Origin: Camelus ferus
Lineage: Eukaryota
Length of the DNA stretch: 64,000 nt
Direction: 5' to 3'
Assembly: GCF_009834535.1 (NCBI RefSeq)
Contig: NC_045696.1
Location: 74,402,001-74,466,000, forward strand
Made by a program: the position numbers and the translations under genes. The notes below the pieces were generated by a model, which worked only from the letters and a program-made list of their open reading frames with translations, was not told the DNA's origin and ran no database searches. Shown here one piece after another: positions 37,069 to 49,504 of this stretch; within the stretch, counting starts at the first letter, position 1; the number at the start of each line of letters is the position of its first letter.

Positions 37069-39039
37069 ACTAAGAATTTCAAGAAGCCTTTACTGACACT
37101 TTCTAGCGAGAGCTATTAATCCTGTTTTTCAGGACTGTTCACTCCTGTTTTATGGTGGTTTTTTGTTTTGTTTTGTTTTGTTTAGTATATTTATTTCAAA
37201 GGATGCCTACTCAATCAAAAGTTATCGTCCTAGAACCTTTACCCTCATAAAAAGAAGTCCGTGTAGGAAACTTAATTTTCAGGACAAGGAAACTGAAGTG
37301 TAATTCTTAGGTGGATTTCCCAGAGGGATGCAGATGGCACCAGGTCCTGTGGCAAACTTCCAAGAGCGCAAAACCATCTTTTCTCCAGTTCATGAGCCAT
37401 TCACTAGACTAGGCTGTCCTTTCCGGGCTCATGTTTTATGATCCCTGTGAATAAAACACTTCTGACAATTACTGCATCAGAACTTAACCTCTAATACAAT
37501 AGGTGACTGTACACTGAACTACAGAGGAGATTTAAGACTGGCGTCTAATGGCTGAAGACAGGCCAACACCAGTCTCATACCCTGTGGGAAGCAGCAACAG
37601 CAGGTCCTGGAGCATTTAGAAGATGCAGCACCCCTGCAAGTCAGCTTCTGAAATGGAATGATGACCCGCAAGCATTTGAAACACTCCAAGAGAGGCTGCC
37701 TCTCCACCTGCATCCCCTCCTTGACACATATCTGCTTTGAAAGTTCCTTTTCCTCTTTTCATTATGTTGCTCCATGATATTTTCCCCTTCAACTCTTATT
37801 TTGTGTGGTTGTGTTAATGAACCTTATAATGCCAATCCCAGTGGATGCTGAGAGTTTTATTAAACACACTATTTCCCTTACGCACCAGAGTGTTAAATGA
37901 TGGTTTTGAGGTTTGAATTCATCATGCTGATCTAATCATACCAGGCAACTCTTGTTGAATCTCCAGAGTAACTGAATTTGAAGTCCTTTTGTGCAGAGGC
38001 ACAATTTTGAAGGGATTGGCAGATTAAATATCATCTTACATCTCATCTGTCCAAGTTAGCAATGGGCAGGGTGCATCTGGCATCTGTCTTCCATTGAGCC
38101 TAATGGAGAAAGGGGTGCTCAGCCAGCCCACAGTTAACTGGGTGAAAGGAGGGATTTCTGGCCTGGATGTCATGAGTAGTGTCATCTCTGTGGAGCTTGG
38201 CTGGAGAGGGTTCACCCCCATGTTGTGTATTCACCTCGGCGGAGTTCGTCTTAAAGACACTTACCTCTTCAGAGTCAATCGTCATGATGTTTAGTAAGCC
38301 TTCAGGCGCCATCATTATGAGGTGGTGGTTAGGAGTGGGAATGGTGGTGGCGAAAGTGATGCGGGAGTTGGTAGAGGCACAGGGGTAGTGTGGTGATGGG
38401 AGGTGGCGGAAACAGGAGAAGTGGTGGATGTGGTGGAGGCGGAGGTGGGGCCTGCCACTCTGCTTGGACTAGGTCAAAAGGACCAAGCAATGCCAGAACT
38501 GATAGTTATCACCCTACTTTCAGATGAAGAAGCTGAAGCTCAGAGAGGAAACAGAGTTATCATTTTACACAAGAGAAGCCTTATCTTCCTGCATTCTTCC
38601 TGTTCCAAATACACCAGACTTGGTGAATGTTGGATGCCCCTGAGAAATTACACCAACACCCCTGAGCTAAGATTCCAGGATTAGTAAATCCTTAGAAACA
38701 GGTATTCAGAAACACTGAGGATACCCTGCTTCTCCCAGCCAAAGAGCTGATCTGATTTCCACCACATCTGGTTACATATGTCTTATATCCAGTGCAAGGG
38801 CAACCCCAAAGCCAAGATTCTGTGCAGCTGAGACTTGCAGCTAGAACGGGTGAACACATCGGGTTTTCCTAGAGAGAATAAAATTAAGGTGATTGATTGT
38901 CATCTGAGGGTTACATGAAAGGAAGTCAGGGTTGAAAGGCTGAAAGTGAGTTTGTAGGCAAAACTGTTTGCCGTGCTTAACAAATTCTATCTGATTTTTT
39001 TAACTTTATTCATTTATGCACTTATTTTACAATATCATA

Positions 39040-39298
39040 TTTTTTAAATTGAAGTATAGTTGATGTGCAATATTGTATGTTACAGGTATGCAATATAGTG
39101 ATTCACAATTTTTAAAGGTTATACTCCATTTACAGTTATTACAAAATATTGGCTATAGAGAAGGAACTAGTCGTTCCCATTGGGGAGAGGGTAGGGGGTT
39201 GGGCAAGACGGAGGTGGAGAATTAAAAGATACAAACTATCAGGTATAGAATAAGCTACAAGGATATATTGCACAACATTGGGAATATAGCCAATATTT
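39040..39298 (-). mobile_element. Short L1 3'UTR insertion with 5' inversion (twin-priming structure)
   Basis: 39040-39157 is an L1 3' terminus in minus orientation. 39157-39298 is the adjacent upstream 3'UTR in plus orientation. A 14-nt sequence is shared as an inverted copy (39144-39157 vs 39285-39298). Confidence 0.8.
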
Positions 39299-39304
39299 GA
39301 CTTT

Positions 39305-39520
39305 TTAAATAAACTTTCTTTTTTAGAATAGTTTTAGGTTTACAGAAAAGTACAAAGGTTAAACAAAGGGCCCCCACAAACCCTGCGTTCAGGTTCCCCT
39401 GTGGTTAGCATCTTAGGTTAGTATCATACATTTGCGACAACTAATGAATCAATGTTGGTTCTTTGGTGCATTAATATTAACTAGACTCCATACTTTAATT
39501 GTATTTGATTAGCATTTCTC
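39305..39520 (-). mobile_element. L1MC-type 3' end
   Basis: ttttttagaatagttttaggtttacagaaaa...catacatttgcgacaactaatgaatcaatgttg...taactagactccatacttta. Confidence 0.75.
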
Positions 39521-41464
39521 TTACTATAAAACAATATGAACTTTGTACTATTGCAAGATGGTTAACGCTGTCACACAAGATTACTTGGAGCTCCTGAGGA
39601 TAGGCTCTGCTTTATACATTTGTTTATGTTTCTTTTAGCACCTGGGATCTGTTAGGGATACAATAAACGTGTGTTGACTGCTTATATAACTCAACATCCC
39701 ACTGATGCCATTTTAGCACTCAATGAGGCACCAGCCTCACTCAGTCCAGAGATAGTGCTAAATACATGGAACATAACTGAGTAACTAGGGAAACACAGTC
39801 ATGCAAGCTGTTAAGTGTGTTCCCCTTACTTTTATTTTCAGAAAGCCCAGCCCAGCACACATCTCAGTGCTGAAGACGGAGCTTATAGCTTATAGGAGTG
39901 AGGGTTAAACCCTTCCTGGCAATCTGAGATAGTACAAGAGAGAAAGCCTGGAAAGTCAAGAAGTGTATAAATCCCTGCTCACCCTGACCCTTCTTCTTGA
40001 TGACCAGGCTCATGGGGAGGCACGTGAAATCCTATCCCTTCTCCTGTCAAGGGCACCTACACAAACTGTGTCCTGCCCTCCTAGCAAAGACCTAATTCCT
40101 TAGTAGTCAAAGTTCCTTTGCAAATTGAAGGTGTTTCGGAAAATTAACAGAGCAAAATTAGGTTACCTAGAAGGGACAAAAAGGGAGAAATCATTAGATG
40201 CAAAGCTTGAATAAGAAACTAAAAGTAGCTCCTTTTGATTCAATAATAATAGTTACCGTTTCCTAAGTGCCACATGTTCTACGAGGTTTACTAACTCACT
40301 TTATCCTTCAGGAACCCAGGAGGCAGGTTCTCTCTTACACAGATGAAAGCTTCTTCCTCTCCCTCCTACTCCACCTTCATCCTGTAAGATGGTGAAGTAC
40401 TTCGCCAGTGTGTAAACCTGACTCCAGAACCCTGAAAATAATGGCAGGAGGGAAATACCAGCAATCAGGAATTATTCAGCCCAGTCCTCCTCACTACCCT
40501 ATCCCATCCCCTCATTTCTTTTGTTCTTTCTTTCTGTCTCTGTCTCTCTCTTATGTGTGCGCACACACACACACAGTAGAAGGTAGGCTACCATGATAGC
40601 TTTCAAAATAATTCGTACTGCCTACCTTACACTCTAATAGGGACAGAATAAGTAGGTTAACTTTAAAAAAAAATGAAAGATGTATTTATTCTCATTAAAG
40701 TACTATATGATCGTGGTAAAAAAAATAAACAAAAAAAAGTACACACAGGTGTAAAGAATGCTAAAATGACCCATAAGCACATCGCAAAGACAGCTATTAC
40801 CATTATTATGTTGTAGTTTCTCCAAGTCTTTTTTCCTGTGCAGATACGGTTTTCGTGATTGAAATCACCCACATATACACTTTCAGTCTCCTTATTTCAC
40901 ATGACATTGCACATTATCATTTTCCCATGTTATTATAAATTCTTCAGAAATACTTTCTGTGGTTATAGTTGTATATTTCATATTGTAAGCTAGGGCTGAT
41001 GTAAGGCTTCTTACCTCAATTGCTCCCTTGGTTCCTCTGATTTCACATACACAACATTTTTTTAAAAATAATTCTCCCACAATAACAAAATCATACAGGG
41101 CTTTTCATAAGCTTGGTTTTTCTTCTGGGTTTGATTCCTGGCCAGATTACTTCTGCCAAAATCTGGTCCTTTGCTATCCAAAATGCTTTAAAATTGACAA
41201 CTGGCCATTTGTAACCAGGGAAGCACACAAACACAATGACTTTTTAATGTAAGAGATTGTGCCATCAAAAAAACAATGTTTTTAAAAGTACATTAGTTCA
41301 ATCAAATGTACATCAGACACACAATGAGGCTACTAGTATTGAGCTCTTTCGTGTACTCAGCAAAAACCCACACAACCACGGTAATAAATGATCTATGGAA
41401 TACAAACTGATGTTAGATTTATAATAATATTTTTATCAAATAAATTTTTTATTTGCTCCATGTT

Positions 41465-41720
41465 GTGTTAGTGAGAAAACAGTGGAGAAAATATAGACTT
41501 TGAAGTCAGGTGTAAATGAATTCCAATTCCAGATCTGCCATTCAGTAGTTTCATTCTTACTAGACAAGTTGTTTAACCCCGGAGACTCAGAGACCTCATC
41601 CCCTGAGCAAGGATCACAGAGCCCATCTCATTGTGCCATCTATGCTCAGGAGTAACGGAGACACTTTGTATGAGGATCCTTACCAGTGCATGGGAGATAA
41701 GGGAGGCTTCAAAAATGCTC
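41465..41720 (+). mobile_element. MIR SINE
   Basis: tagactttgaagtcagg...ccagatctgccattcagtag...acaagttgtttaacc. Confidence 0.6.
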
Positions 41721-41934
41721 ATTCTCACTGCCCTTCCTTCTCGCTAAATAGCTCAGTTTACTCAACAGACATTTAGCTTAATTCCTGGTTCAGTATACAC
41801 ATCCGTTCCAATCTTCCTCCTATGTATACATAGATCCTGCCATATCTGCTTGCACAGAAGCATGTTATATGTAGGTGCAAATTTTACTCTATGCAGATAC
41901 ATATATGGTAGCGGCTATTCATATACACAAATGG

Positions 41935-42165
41935 TATGCCAACCTGCTCAGTCTGGAGAGGCCTGGTGCAGCCTGGATGTGAAAGCAAGCTGGCCAGGGC
42001 ATCTGCTCTGCTCATCAGTTGCCAGGCTGGATTTGGCAGATCTGCATCAATGGTCTGGGAGGATAGTCCCATCTTTTGTGTCCCACTGGGTCCTTCTGAG
42101 TACTGTGACAACCTTCCTGGATAGAGAAGTATGCTTCTTCCATCCGGCATGTCAGAATGGGCCAC
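41935..42165 (-). mobile_element. Ancient RTE-clade LINE fragment (L4/MamRTE-like)
   Basis: Minus-strand translation AHSDMPDGRSILLY..LSQ...WQLMSRAD resembles the RTE ORF C-terminus (GHVxRMPDGRIPKxLLYGEL...WE.LA.DR). Confidence 0.45.
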
Positions 42166-42217
42166 AATTCAAACGCTCAAGTGTCAGAAAATATAGGGAA
42201 CAGACTGCAGCCTAAAG

Positions 42218-42322
42218 CAATGCTTCTCAAGGTTGTCCATCAGCACCACCTGGAAGCTTATTAGAAATGCAGATTCAGGGGCTTCCCACAGACCTACTGA
42301 ATCAGAATCTCTGGGGACAGAG
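42218..42322. mobile_element. MER5-type MITE, partial
   Basis: catcagcaccacctggaagcttattagaaatgcagattc...cagacctactgaatcagaatctctgggg. Confidence 0.75.
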
Positions 42323-43159
42323 TTCTACAGGGACTCCAGTGCTCAGGATAGTTTCATGTAAAGTGGAACTACATTCATTCAACAAATGGGTTTTCAGTGT
42401 CTGCCACTCTCACTTGACTCCAGACACATGGGTCCCCTTGCTGTACCTTGAAACTGGAAGAGAAAAAGTAAAGACGCACCATAATTTAAAACTGTTAAAA
42501 TTCTATCTGCATTTATATCAACATTTCTGGTTCAAAATTTCAAACTATTTTCCAATTTCAGTTAAAAATTCATTTGAAATGCTTGCTTTTGAGTAGTATT
42601 TCATTGGTGTTGAAATTAGCTTTGTCAAAAGAAGGAAATATGCCTTGCTCCGCTGCCTCCAGTCACTTAATCTAGGACGAGCTCCCTGAAGTGCCAGCGT
42701 GAGCAGCATCGCTGGTGGGGTGGGTGACAGCTCCTGCGTGGAAGGCACATGTGTGCATAGCAGTTATGCAGCAGGTGGTCAGCAGCATTTCCGTGACTGG
42801 CCGTAGATTTCCTGGTAACAAGAGTCACTGGGTACATGATCAGAAAGAATATTCACGGTCCAGAAGAGCTGTCACTCCTGGAAACAACACCTGATGTCTG
42901 TGGATAAAAGTCTAGGGTCATGAATCATTTCATCAAAAGTGTCTTTATAAAAAAAGTTAACAACACAAGTGGAGCTTAAGTTAACCTTTATTTTTCCGAT
43001 TTGGAATAAGAATCAAGTCAAATTATATTTGAAACCTAACCCTTGTGGCTTTTGAAACATCATAAATGTATTTGCCTAGTGTTCATGTCTCAGAATGTCA
43101 TAAAACATAATTTGGCAATATTAAAATACTGAGTTTCATTTTGTTTAAAATATGAAGGT

Positions 43160-43985
43160 AGATTTTTTCTTTCTAATTATAAATCTTATACCTGCTCATG
43201 TATAAAATTCATGTAAACATAAAGAGGAAAGAAAGGCACCTCGAGTTCACCATCTCAAAGTAATCACTTTTAACATTTTGAGAGTCATCTTTACACATGC
43301 CTCCCTATAATCACACACTCACACACACGCACAATTTTATGGAAATATGATCATACTGTACCTGAGGTATTGAACTGTGTTTTTCTCTCCTGCTTATGTC
43401 CTAGAGATCTTTAAATCTCAGTAAATATAATTTATAATTTTTAATAACTATGTAGAATGTTGTTTTATGGATTATCATAATGTATATAACTAATCCCCAA
43501 TTCATAGACTTTAGGTTGCTTCCAGTTATTCATACTTCTAAATAATATTGGGATAAATATCCTTGTACAGGGACATCTTTGCACTTTCTGGTATCATTAG
43601 CATAAATAACTAGAATCAAAACTCTTTTTGGGGGGAGGTAATTTGGATTTCTTATTTCTTATTATTTTTTTAATGGAGGTCCTGGGGATTGAACCCAGGA
43701 CCTTATGCATGCTAAGCATGTGCTCTACCGCTGAGCTATACCCTCCCTACCCAGAAGGAAAACTGCTGATGTAAGACCATGTGCTTTTAAAGGTTTGACT
43801 CCATCAGCAAACTGCCCTCCAAAAAGACTTTGCCAATTTCCCTCTCATATACCGCCTATGAATCTTATTTACCTGTACTCCAGCCAAAAGAATTAATCTT
43901 TGCCAATCTAATAGACAAAAATCAACATCTCATTGCTATTTCTATTTCTTTCATATGTGCAGCTGAGGAAAGCTGAGTTTAGGAT
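43160..43985 (-). mobile_element. Old L1ME-type fragment, split by a SINE
   Basis: gactttaggttgcttccag...ataaatatccttgtaca...caaactgccctccaaaaag...tttgccaatctaatagac...tctcattg. Confidence 0.65.
43625..43747 (-). mobile_element. tRNA-derived camelid SINE (Vic-1-like)
   Basis: Reverse complement reads gggagggtatagctcagcggtagagcacatgcttagcatgcataaggtcctgggttcaatccccaggacctcca, followed by an AT-rich tail ending aattacctcccccc-A(n). A box and B box (GGTTCAATCCC) are visible. Confidence 0.85.
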
Positions 43986-44667
43986 ACATGTGAAATTGAC
44001 TGAATATCTTAGGACCCCTCTGGTTAGCATTTGAGTTAATTGGACCGTGCTGCATCCAACGAATTTGCAATTTATAAGCTTGGAAATGACACTTCTTTGA
44101 ACTTCTTTAGGAGAAGAACACACAGCGAATTTCTCTTAAAAGAAACAGACAAGAATAATTTAAATAAGTCAGAGCATACGGCTTCAGGCATATTGTCATT
44201 TTTTAAGATAGTTATAATCTTGAAAAAAAAATTTAGGGAAAAGTCATCCTTTCCAATGTGGTTCTATCATTATAAATAAATGCCAAACATGATTTCTAAA
44301 GCAGACTGGGAAAAGAATTAATAGGAAGTCTGGGTTCTGTTCTAGGTTTTGCCAGCAACCAACTTGGTGACCTTAGAAAATTGACTTCACCCCTGTTGGC
44401 CTGTTTCCTCCTCCAAAAAGTGAAAGGAGTTCCTTGAGGTCTTTACAGCCTGAGATGTGATGATGATCTACATTCTAAGGACAGTAGCTTTGCCAGGGCC
44501 TTTACTGACAGAGATACCCAACCCAAGTACTAAATCTACTGTAGCTCCCCACCTTGAACCGTGGATGCTGAGCTTAGATCTTGGTCAAGTGCAAACAGTC
44601 CATTTTTCTATTGGTAACCTTTAATAATCTAGACCATCTGGAGAAATAGATCCTTAATTTTTGCATG

Positions 44668-44706
44668 TGAGAGAGAGAGAGAGTGTGTGTGTGTGTGTGT
44701 GTGTGT
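44668..44706 (+). repeat. (GA)n(GT)n compound microsatellite
   Basis: Seen directly. It adjoins a minus-strand L2 tail at ~44710-44850. Confidence 0.95.
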
Positions 44707-45524
44707 TTCCATTCAATCATTTCTCAAACATTCATTGAGCATCTACCATCTTGCAGACTAAAAATACAAGAATTAACTAGACAAAAATTTCCTTCTTCGA
44801 GGAGCTCAAGATGTAGTGGGGAGATGGACAAATAAGCAAAATTTGAAGTTGTGCTTAAGTAACATGATTTCTTTCTCAAAATTCACATTTCTATGAGCTG
44901 GCGTTTCCCTTTTCCTCCGATTCGCTGTCCAGATGAGCAAGCATGTAACGCCTCCAGGGGAAAAAAGGAAAAGTTGGGCCCTCTTTTAGAACTAAGGTAT
45001 CTACTTTGAATGACATCTCCTAACACTTCCTCTTATTTTTAACTGCTCAAATGTAAACTACCTAGAAAGCATTTACTATATTTCAGATCTAAAGGTGGTT
45101 GTTTGGTACTAATGAGTTAGAGAAAGACCAGATATAGTAGGACCCACCCACCAAGGCAGGACAGGTCTGGGGGGTTGAGCCCATCCATAGGAGACTCAGG
45201 CAGGCAGGCAAAGCTCCAAGTTCAGAGATACCACAAACTCCAGTTGCAGCTGACACAAATGGCCGACCTCCTGGGTTCCAACAGATAGGCAGAGGCTAAC
45301 ATTTCAGAACCCAGAGTGGATGATATCAGCATCCCAGGAGGGTGGCATTTGGTAACTGAGAAGTCATTCCATGCATAATAAGGACCCAGCTACAAGCCTG
45401 GGATTCAGCTGAAGTTTAAACTGCTGGGAAGGAAATTAGAAACTGCCTAGAAGATAAAATTTGTAAAAGGCCGTTGGTAACAGAAAATGAGATCAGAGGA
45501 GAAACTCGGCTTTATGACCTAGTG

Positions 45525-45710
45525 CAGTGATTCTCAAATTTCACTCTGCATTCACATCACCCAGAGGGCTTGTTAAAACTCAGATTGCTGGACCCCATCT
45601 CCAGAATGTCTGACTCAGTAGGTTAAAACTAAGAATCTGCTCTGTAAACAAGTTCCCAGGTGATACAGATGCTTCTGGTCCTGGCCATGGGCCACACTTT
45701 GAGAACCGCT
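45525..45710. mobile_element. MER5A hAT MITE, near full length
   Basis: cagtgattctcaaa...gggcttgttaaaactcagattgctgg...aacaagttcccaggtgat...cacactttgagaaccgct. Confidence 0.9.
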
Positions 45711-45784
45711 AACAGAACAGACCAAGAAGAACTCACTCAAGGCTCAGCAACATAGACATAGAAACCTTGTTTTCCAAGTGGGAA

Positions 45785-46587
45785 TGTTAGCTAATAGATC
45801 CCCTAATTGGAAAGCCCACCAAAAGTGTGGTTCCTTGCCCACCGGTTGAGAAAGAATTCTCAACAGAGGCAGAGGAACGAAGCGGAAGGCAGGCTGCTTT
45901 ATTGTTCAAAAGCAGAAAAGGAAAGAAAGCACTCGAGCGGAGAGATGTGAGCCAAAATGGCCGGTGGAGACAGCTCCAGCTCCAGGTTGGGCCACATGGG
46001 CTTTTATTGGAGACTCTGCCATCATCTCCTCATTCAAGGTGTGCTGGAGCCAGTTGCCTTTTTTTCAGTCCTGTTATGGCTCTTTCCAGCTGTTGCATGG
46101 CACTGGTGGGTGTGTCATTTAGCATGCTAATACATTACAAAGAGTGTATAATGAGGCTTAGTGTCCACTGGCAGTCAAATTCTCCACCATCTTGAGCCTG
46201 GTTTGTTCTAAGTAGTTCTTGTTTTTTCTCTTTCCAGCTTCCTCCTGAGACTTAGGTAACAGTAATTGGTTTCTGTTCAGGGAGGAGCAGGGGTATGTAT
46301 GATCCTGGGGGCAACAGCCTCAGTAACAGTTCACGTGATTACTGAAGGGGAGGCCAGGGAAGAGATCTGGTCATCATGCAGTTTAGCGTTTTCCCTCTTG
46401 TGGTAGATATAGTACCTGTAAAACAACTTAGGAATGTGCATCAGACAAGGACTCTATGACTGTTGTCCTAATCGTCAACTGCTTAAGCCTGCTCTTTTAT
46501 GACTCAGGGAGGCCTGGGAGACTTCAGCTTTTCTATACACAAGAGGCTGGAGTCGGGGGGGTGGAGGGGTGGTCCTGCTTGGTCTCA
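45785..46587 (-). mobile_element. ERV1-class solo LTR, antisense to PEX5L
   Basis: Minus strand starts TGAGACCAAGCAGGACC and ends ...TAGCTAACA (TG...CA). It has a TATA-like ATAAAAG (~46001-46007) upstream of AATAAA (~45898-45903). The block tttagcatgctaatacattacaa...ccatcttg resembles MER4-group-like LTRs. The TSD is not clean. Confidence 0.75.
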
Positions 46588-46936
46588 GGGGGTCTGAAAG
46601 GAAAGGGAGAACTGTAGAGCCTGTGATGTTAGCCACAGCTGAGTTTTGATCTGATGAGCAGTGAGAGAGACTGGGACAGTGAGGTGAGTGAGTATTCACG
46701 GGGCGGGCGGGGGCACTGTGACCAAAGCTGAGGAAGTGCTTGGTTGGGGACAGACAACATGGATGAGGGGTTTGGGGATCCTCATGATCCCAGATGTGGG
46801 GAGTAGGGAGAGGTAGAGGCGGGCAATTAAACAGGACCTGACCTTACTTTGCACAAGGACTCACCATCACATTCTCTTTGAACCAAGGACTGTTGTCTGC
46901 TTGAAGAGAACTTCTGTACCTAAATTCTGCTCAAAA

Positions 46937-47024
46937 TATTAGCTTTAACCCTTTGAAATTGCCAATATTTAATAGCTTTTGACTTACACCAAAAAAAGGC
47001 AATTTCATGAGTGTCAACCTAATA
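46937..47024. mobile_element. MADE2 mariner MITE
   Basis: tattagctttaaccctttgaaattgcc...ggcaatttcatgagtgtcaacctaata: ~85 bp with imperfect TIRs and TA ends. Confidence 0.8.
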
Positions 47025-47213
47025 CAAACTAGAATATAAACTGAAAATAAATGTAAAACTCTTTATGCTTAACTCAGCTCTTTTTTTAAAAAATTTAAAT
47101 GAGGAATCAACTCTTAGGTTTTCCGTATTTAGGTTTAAGCACTTTGAGGATTTTTCTGCGGCAAATTTTCCATCCTTGAAACCACGTTCACAGAGCTGGA
47201 GCCGACTCTGATC

Positions 47214-47231
47214 TGCTGCCCCCTGCTGTCA
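47214..47231 (-). promoter_or_regulatory. Candidate CTCF site
   Basis: Minus strand TGACAGCAGGGGGCAGCA has one mismatch to the core consensus CCASYAGRKGGCRS. Confidence 0.5.
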
Positions 47232-48779
47232 GCCAGGGCAGCAACCTGATTTTAACTGCTTTTAGGAGACTAGAGCTATTCAAAAAAAAAAAAAAAAAAA
47301 AATCAGGATTTCTAAACATGTCACTTAGGATTATCCCTTGTTTCAAGTAATCCTTGCCACTGCTTTTCTCCATTATAAGACTATTAGGACTTGATAGGAT
47401 AAGTCATTCTTATGTGAGCCCGACTGGCATGACATATTTCCCTTTGGGATATAACTTTGAGTCAGAAAAGAAGGATAGAATTACAGTTGGACTCTCAATA
47501 ACTCGCATTAATGACAGGGACAACTGCTTCCAGATTGCAGTTATCAGGCTAAAGAGGATGTAGTGAAAGGTAATAGAATAAAGGGGCCTCGAGGCTGGGT
47601 CTTGGTGATTTTGCTGGAGTGTGTTTGCATTTAATTACCTTCAACAAAACTGGGGTTTATGCTCTGGTGCTTTTGTTCTCTGTGTGATAAAACCGAGTAA
47701 GTGTTAAGCCAACTCCAGGCCTTCACCCTCAATTCTCCTCTGTAACATCAAAAGGGGCGGCTGGGTTTTTCTAAGAATCTCTGAGCTTTAGATCTGACAC
47801 AGAAAGAACTATGTGCTGCTGGCAGTAACTGATGGTTACTTGTGGGAAATGAAGGAAGTGCTTAAAATTCAAGCAAGAATCAGCTGGAAAGTTGAGATTG
47901 TGACTCAGATATGTAACTGTTTCAAAGGCACCCATTCCCCACTCACCACTTGTCTTTAACTGTTTCTGAAGGCCACTCTGCACCATTTCTGGAGCCTGGG
48001 ATGGGAAGTGTGTGTGTCCCCATCTGGCTGTAACCCTGCCTCATTCCCCAGTGTCTGGTGGCCCTTCTCCCTCCTAGAATAGTGAGCCTTGAACAAACCA
48101 GGGGTCTAAAAGGGACTGGTACAGGCTCCTAGCTGGGTCACAGGCTGAAAACTTTGAGAGTGACTATTCTGAATTATAGTTATAATTGAATTCAGCAATA
48201 TTATTCTGAACTTCTCCCTGGAATTAGGAAGGCTCTGGAGACCCAGGAACAGATAAATCCCATCCAAGGGCTCACAATCTACTAGTAGTTTCCTGTACAT
48301 GCATATAGGGTGGTTTTACTCAGCTATTAATGAAGTAAAGGAAATTGTTGGCTGAAACTTTAGCTTCACAGCCAGACCATTATGTAGTATGCCAGCTCCA
48401 TAAGCATTTGCTGTGCTGTATGTCTGTTTCTCACAAGATGAAAACCAAAACCTTTAACTTGGCTTACAAGGTACAGCCCACAGCTGCACAAACTATCTTT
48501 ACTAAAGGGCCACTTTTGCTTTTTAACATCTAACTGCTGTGAATTGATCCTTTTATGAATATGATAAAGATTAAATTCTCAGATAAATGAAAGGAAAACA
48601 AAAAAGACATGCAAAATGCAAGCCCCACATTTTTATTATCAGATTGAACAAACATAAAATTACTTTGTGAAATTGCTATAAAAATTTCTGAATGCGTACT
48701 TTCCATTTCTATACCTGTCTCATCGCAGCATGGTACCAGCGAGTTCACAGGCCCACACAGCACACTGAGTAACACCGTG

Positions 48780-49190
48780 TAGCCCCTGCCTGCCTCTCGC
48801 TGTCACTCTGCAGGCAGCCACCTTGGTCTGTTTCCCCTTCTCAGAATGTGCTATGCTCCTAGCCCTGGCAGGGATGTCCCCTCTGCCCACAAGTTTCTCC
48901 AACCTCTCTGTGCCTAATTAACTAGAACCACCCTTTAGATCTCAAGTCACATGTCTCTGTCTGTCTTCTGACATCCTAGACTTGGTAGGGTCCCTGTTCT
49001 GAGCTGTCATTGCACCACATGCAACTCCTCATCACACTTTTCACTATTTGGAAAAATGTGACTTCCCTACCTAAGCTGTAAACTCCACGAATGGAGAGCT
49101 GCCATTAGCCTTGCTCACCAGGGATGCCAAATGCCCAGCACAATGCCTGGGACATAGTAGATGTTCAATAAACACTTGTTCAATTAACAG
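48780..49190 (+). mobile_element. L2 LINE 3' fragment
   Basis: ctgtaaactccacgaatgg...gcccagcacaatgcctgggacatagtagatgttcaataaacacttgtt. Confidence 0.8.
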
Positions 49191-49504
49191 ATAATTAAAG
49201 TATAACTTGAATTCATACCATTCAAATCCACATTTTACACATGAAAAAAAATGATCTACAGAGAGTTTAAGCAGTTTGTCCAAAATTTCCAAAGATACAT
49301 ATACATATATATTTAAATCTATTTAAGATCTGTCAACTTCCACACCACTGCTTTTTATGACACATTCTAAAATGGGACATTACACAGACGTTATGAAAGC
49401 TGGTTTGGTTGAAAGCATTTCGTCAGTTGAAGTCTAGTTTTCACTACTCTGTCATTTCCAAAACTATCCAAAAATTTGCACAAACAAGATTTCATTTTAT
49501 AATC

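Noticed and set aside
38036..38460. Pro/His/Thr-rich minus-strand frames with a perfect donor (GAG|GTAAGT at ~38263), suggesting an antisense exon or pseudogene
   Set aside because: The segment is a degenerate (GGT)n low-complexity tract with no recognisable protein and no pyrimidine-rich acceptor.
43675..43747. tRNA gene
   Set aside because: It is the head of a tRNA-derived SINE with its characteristic tail.
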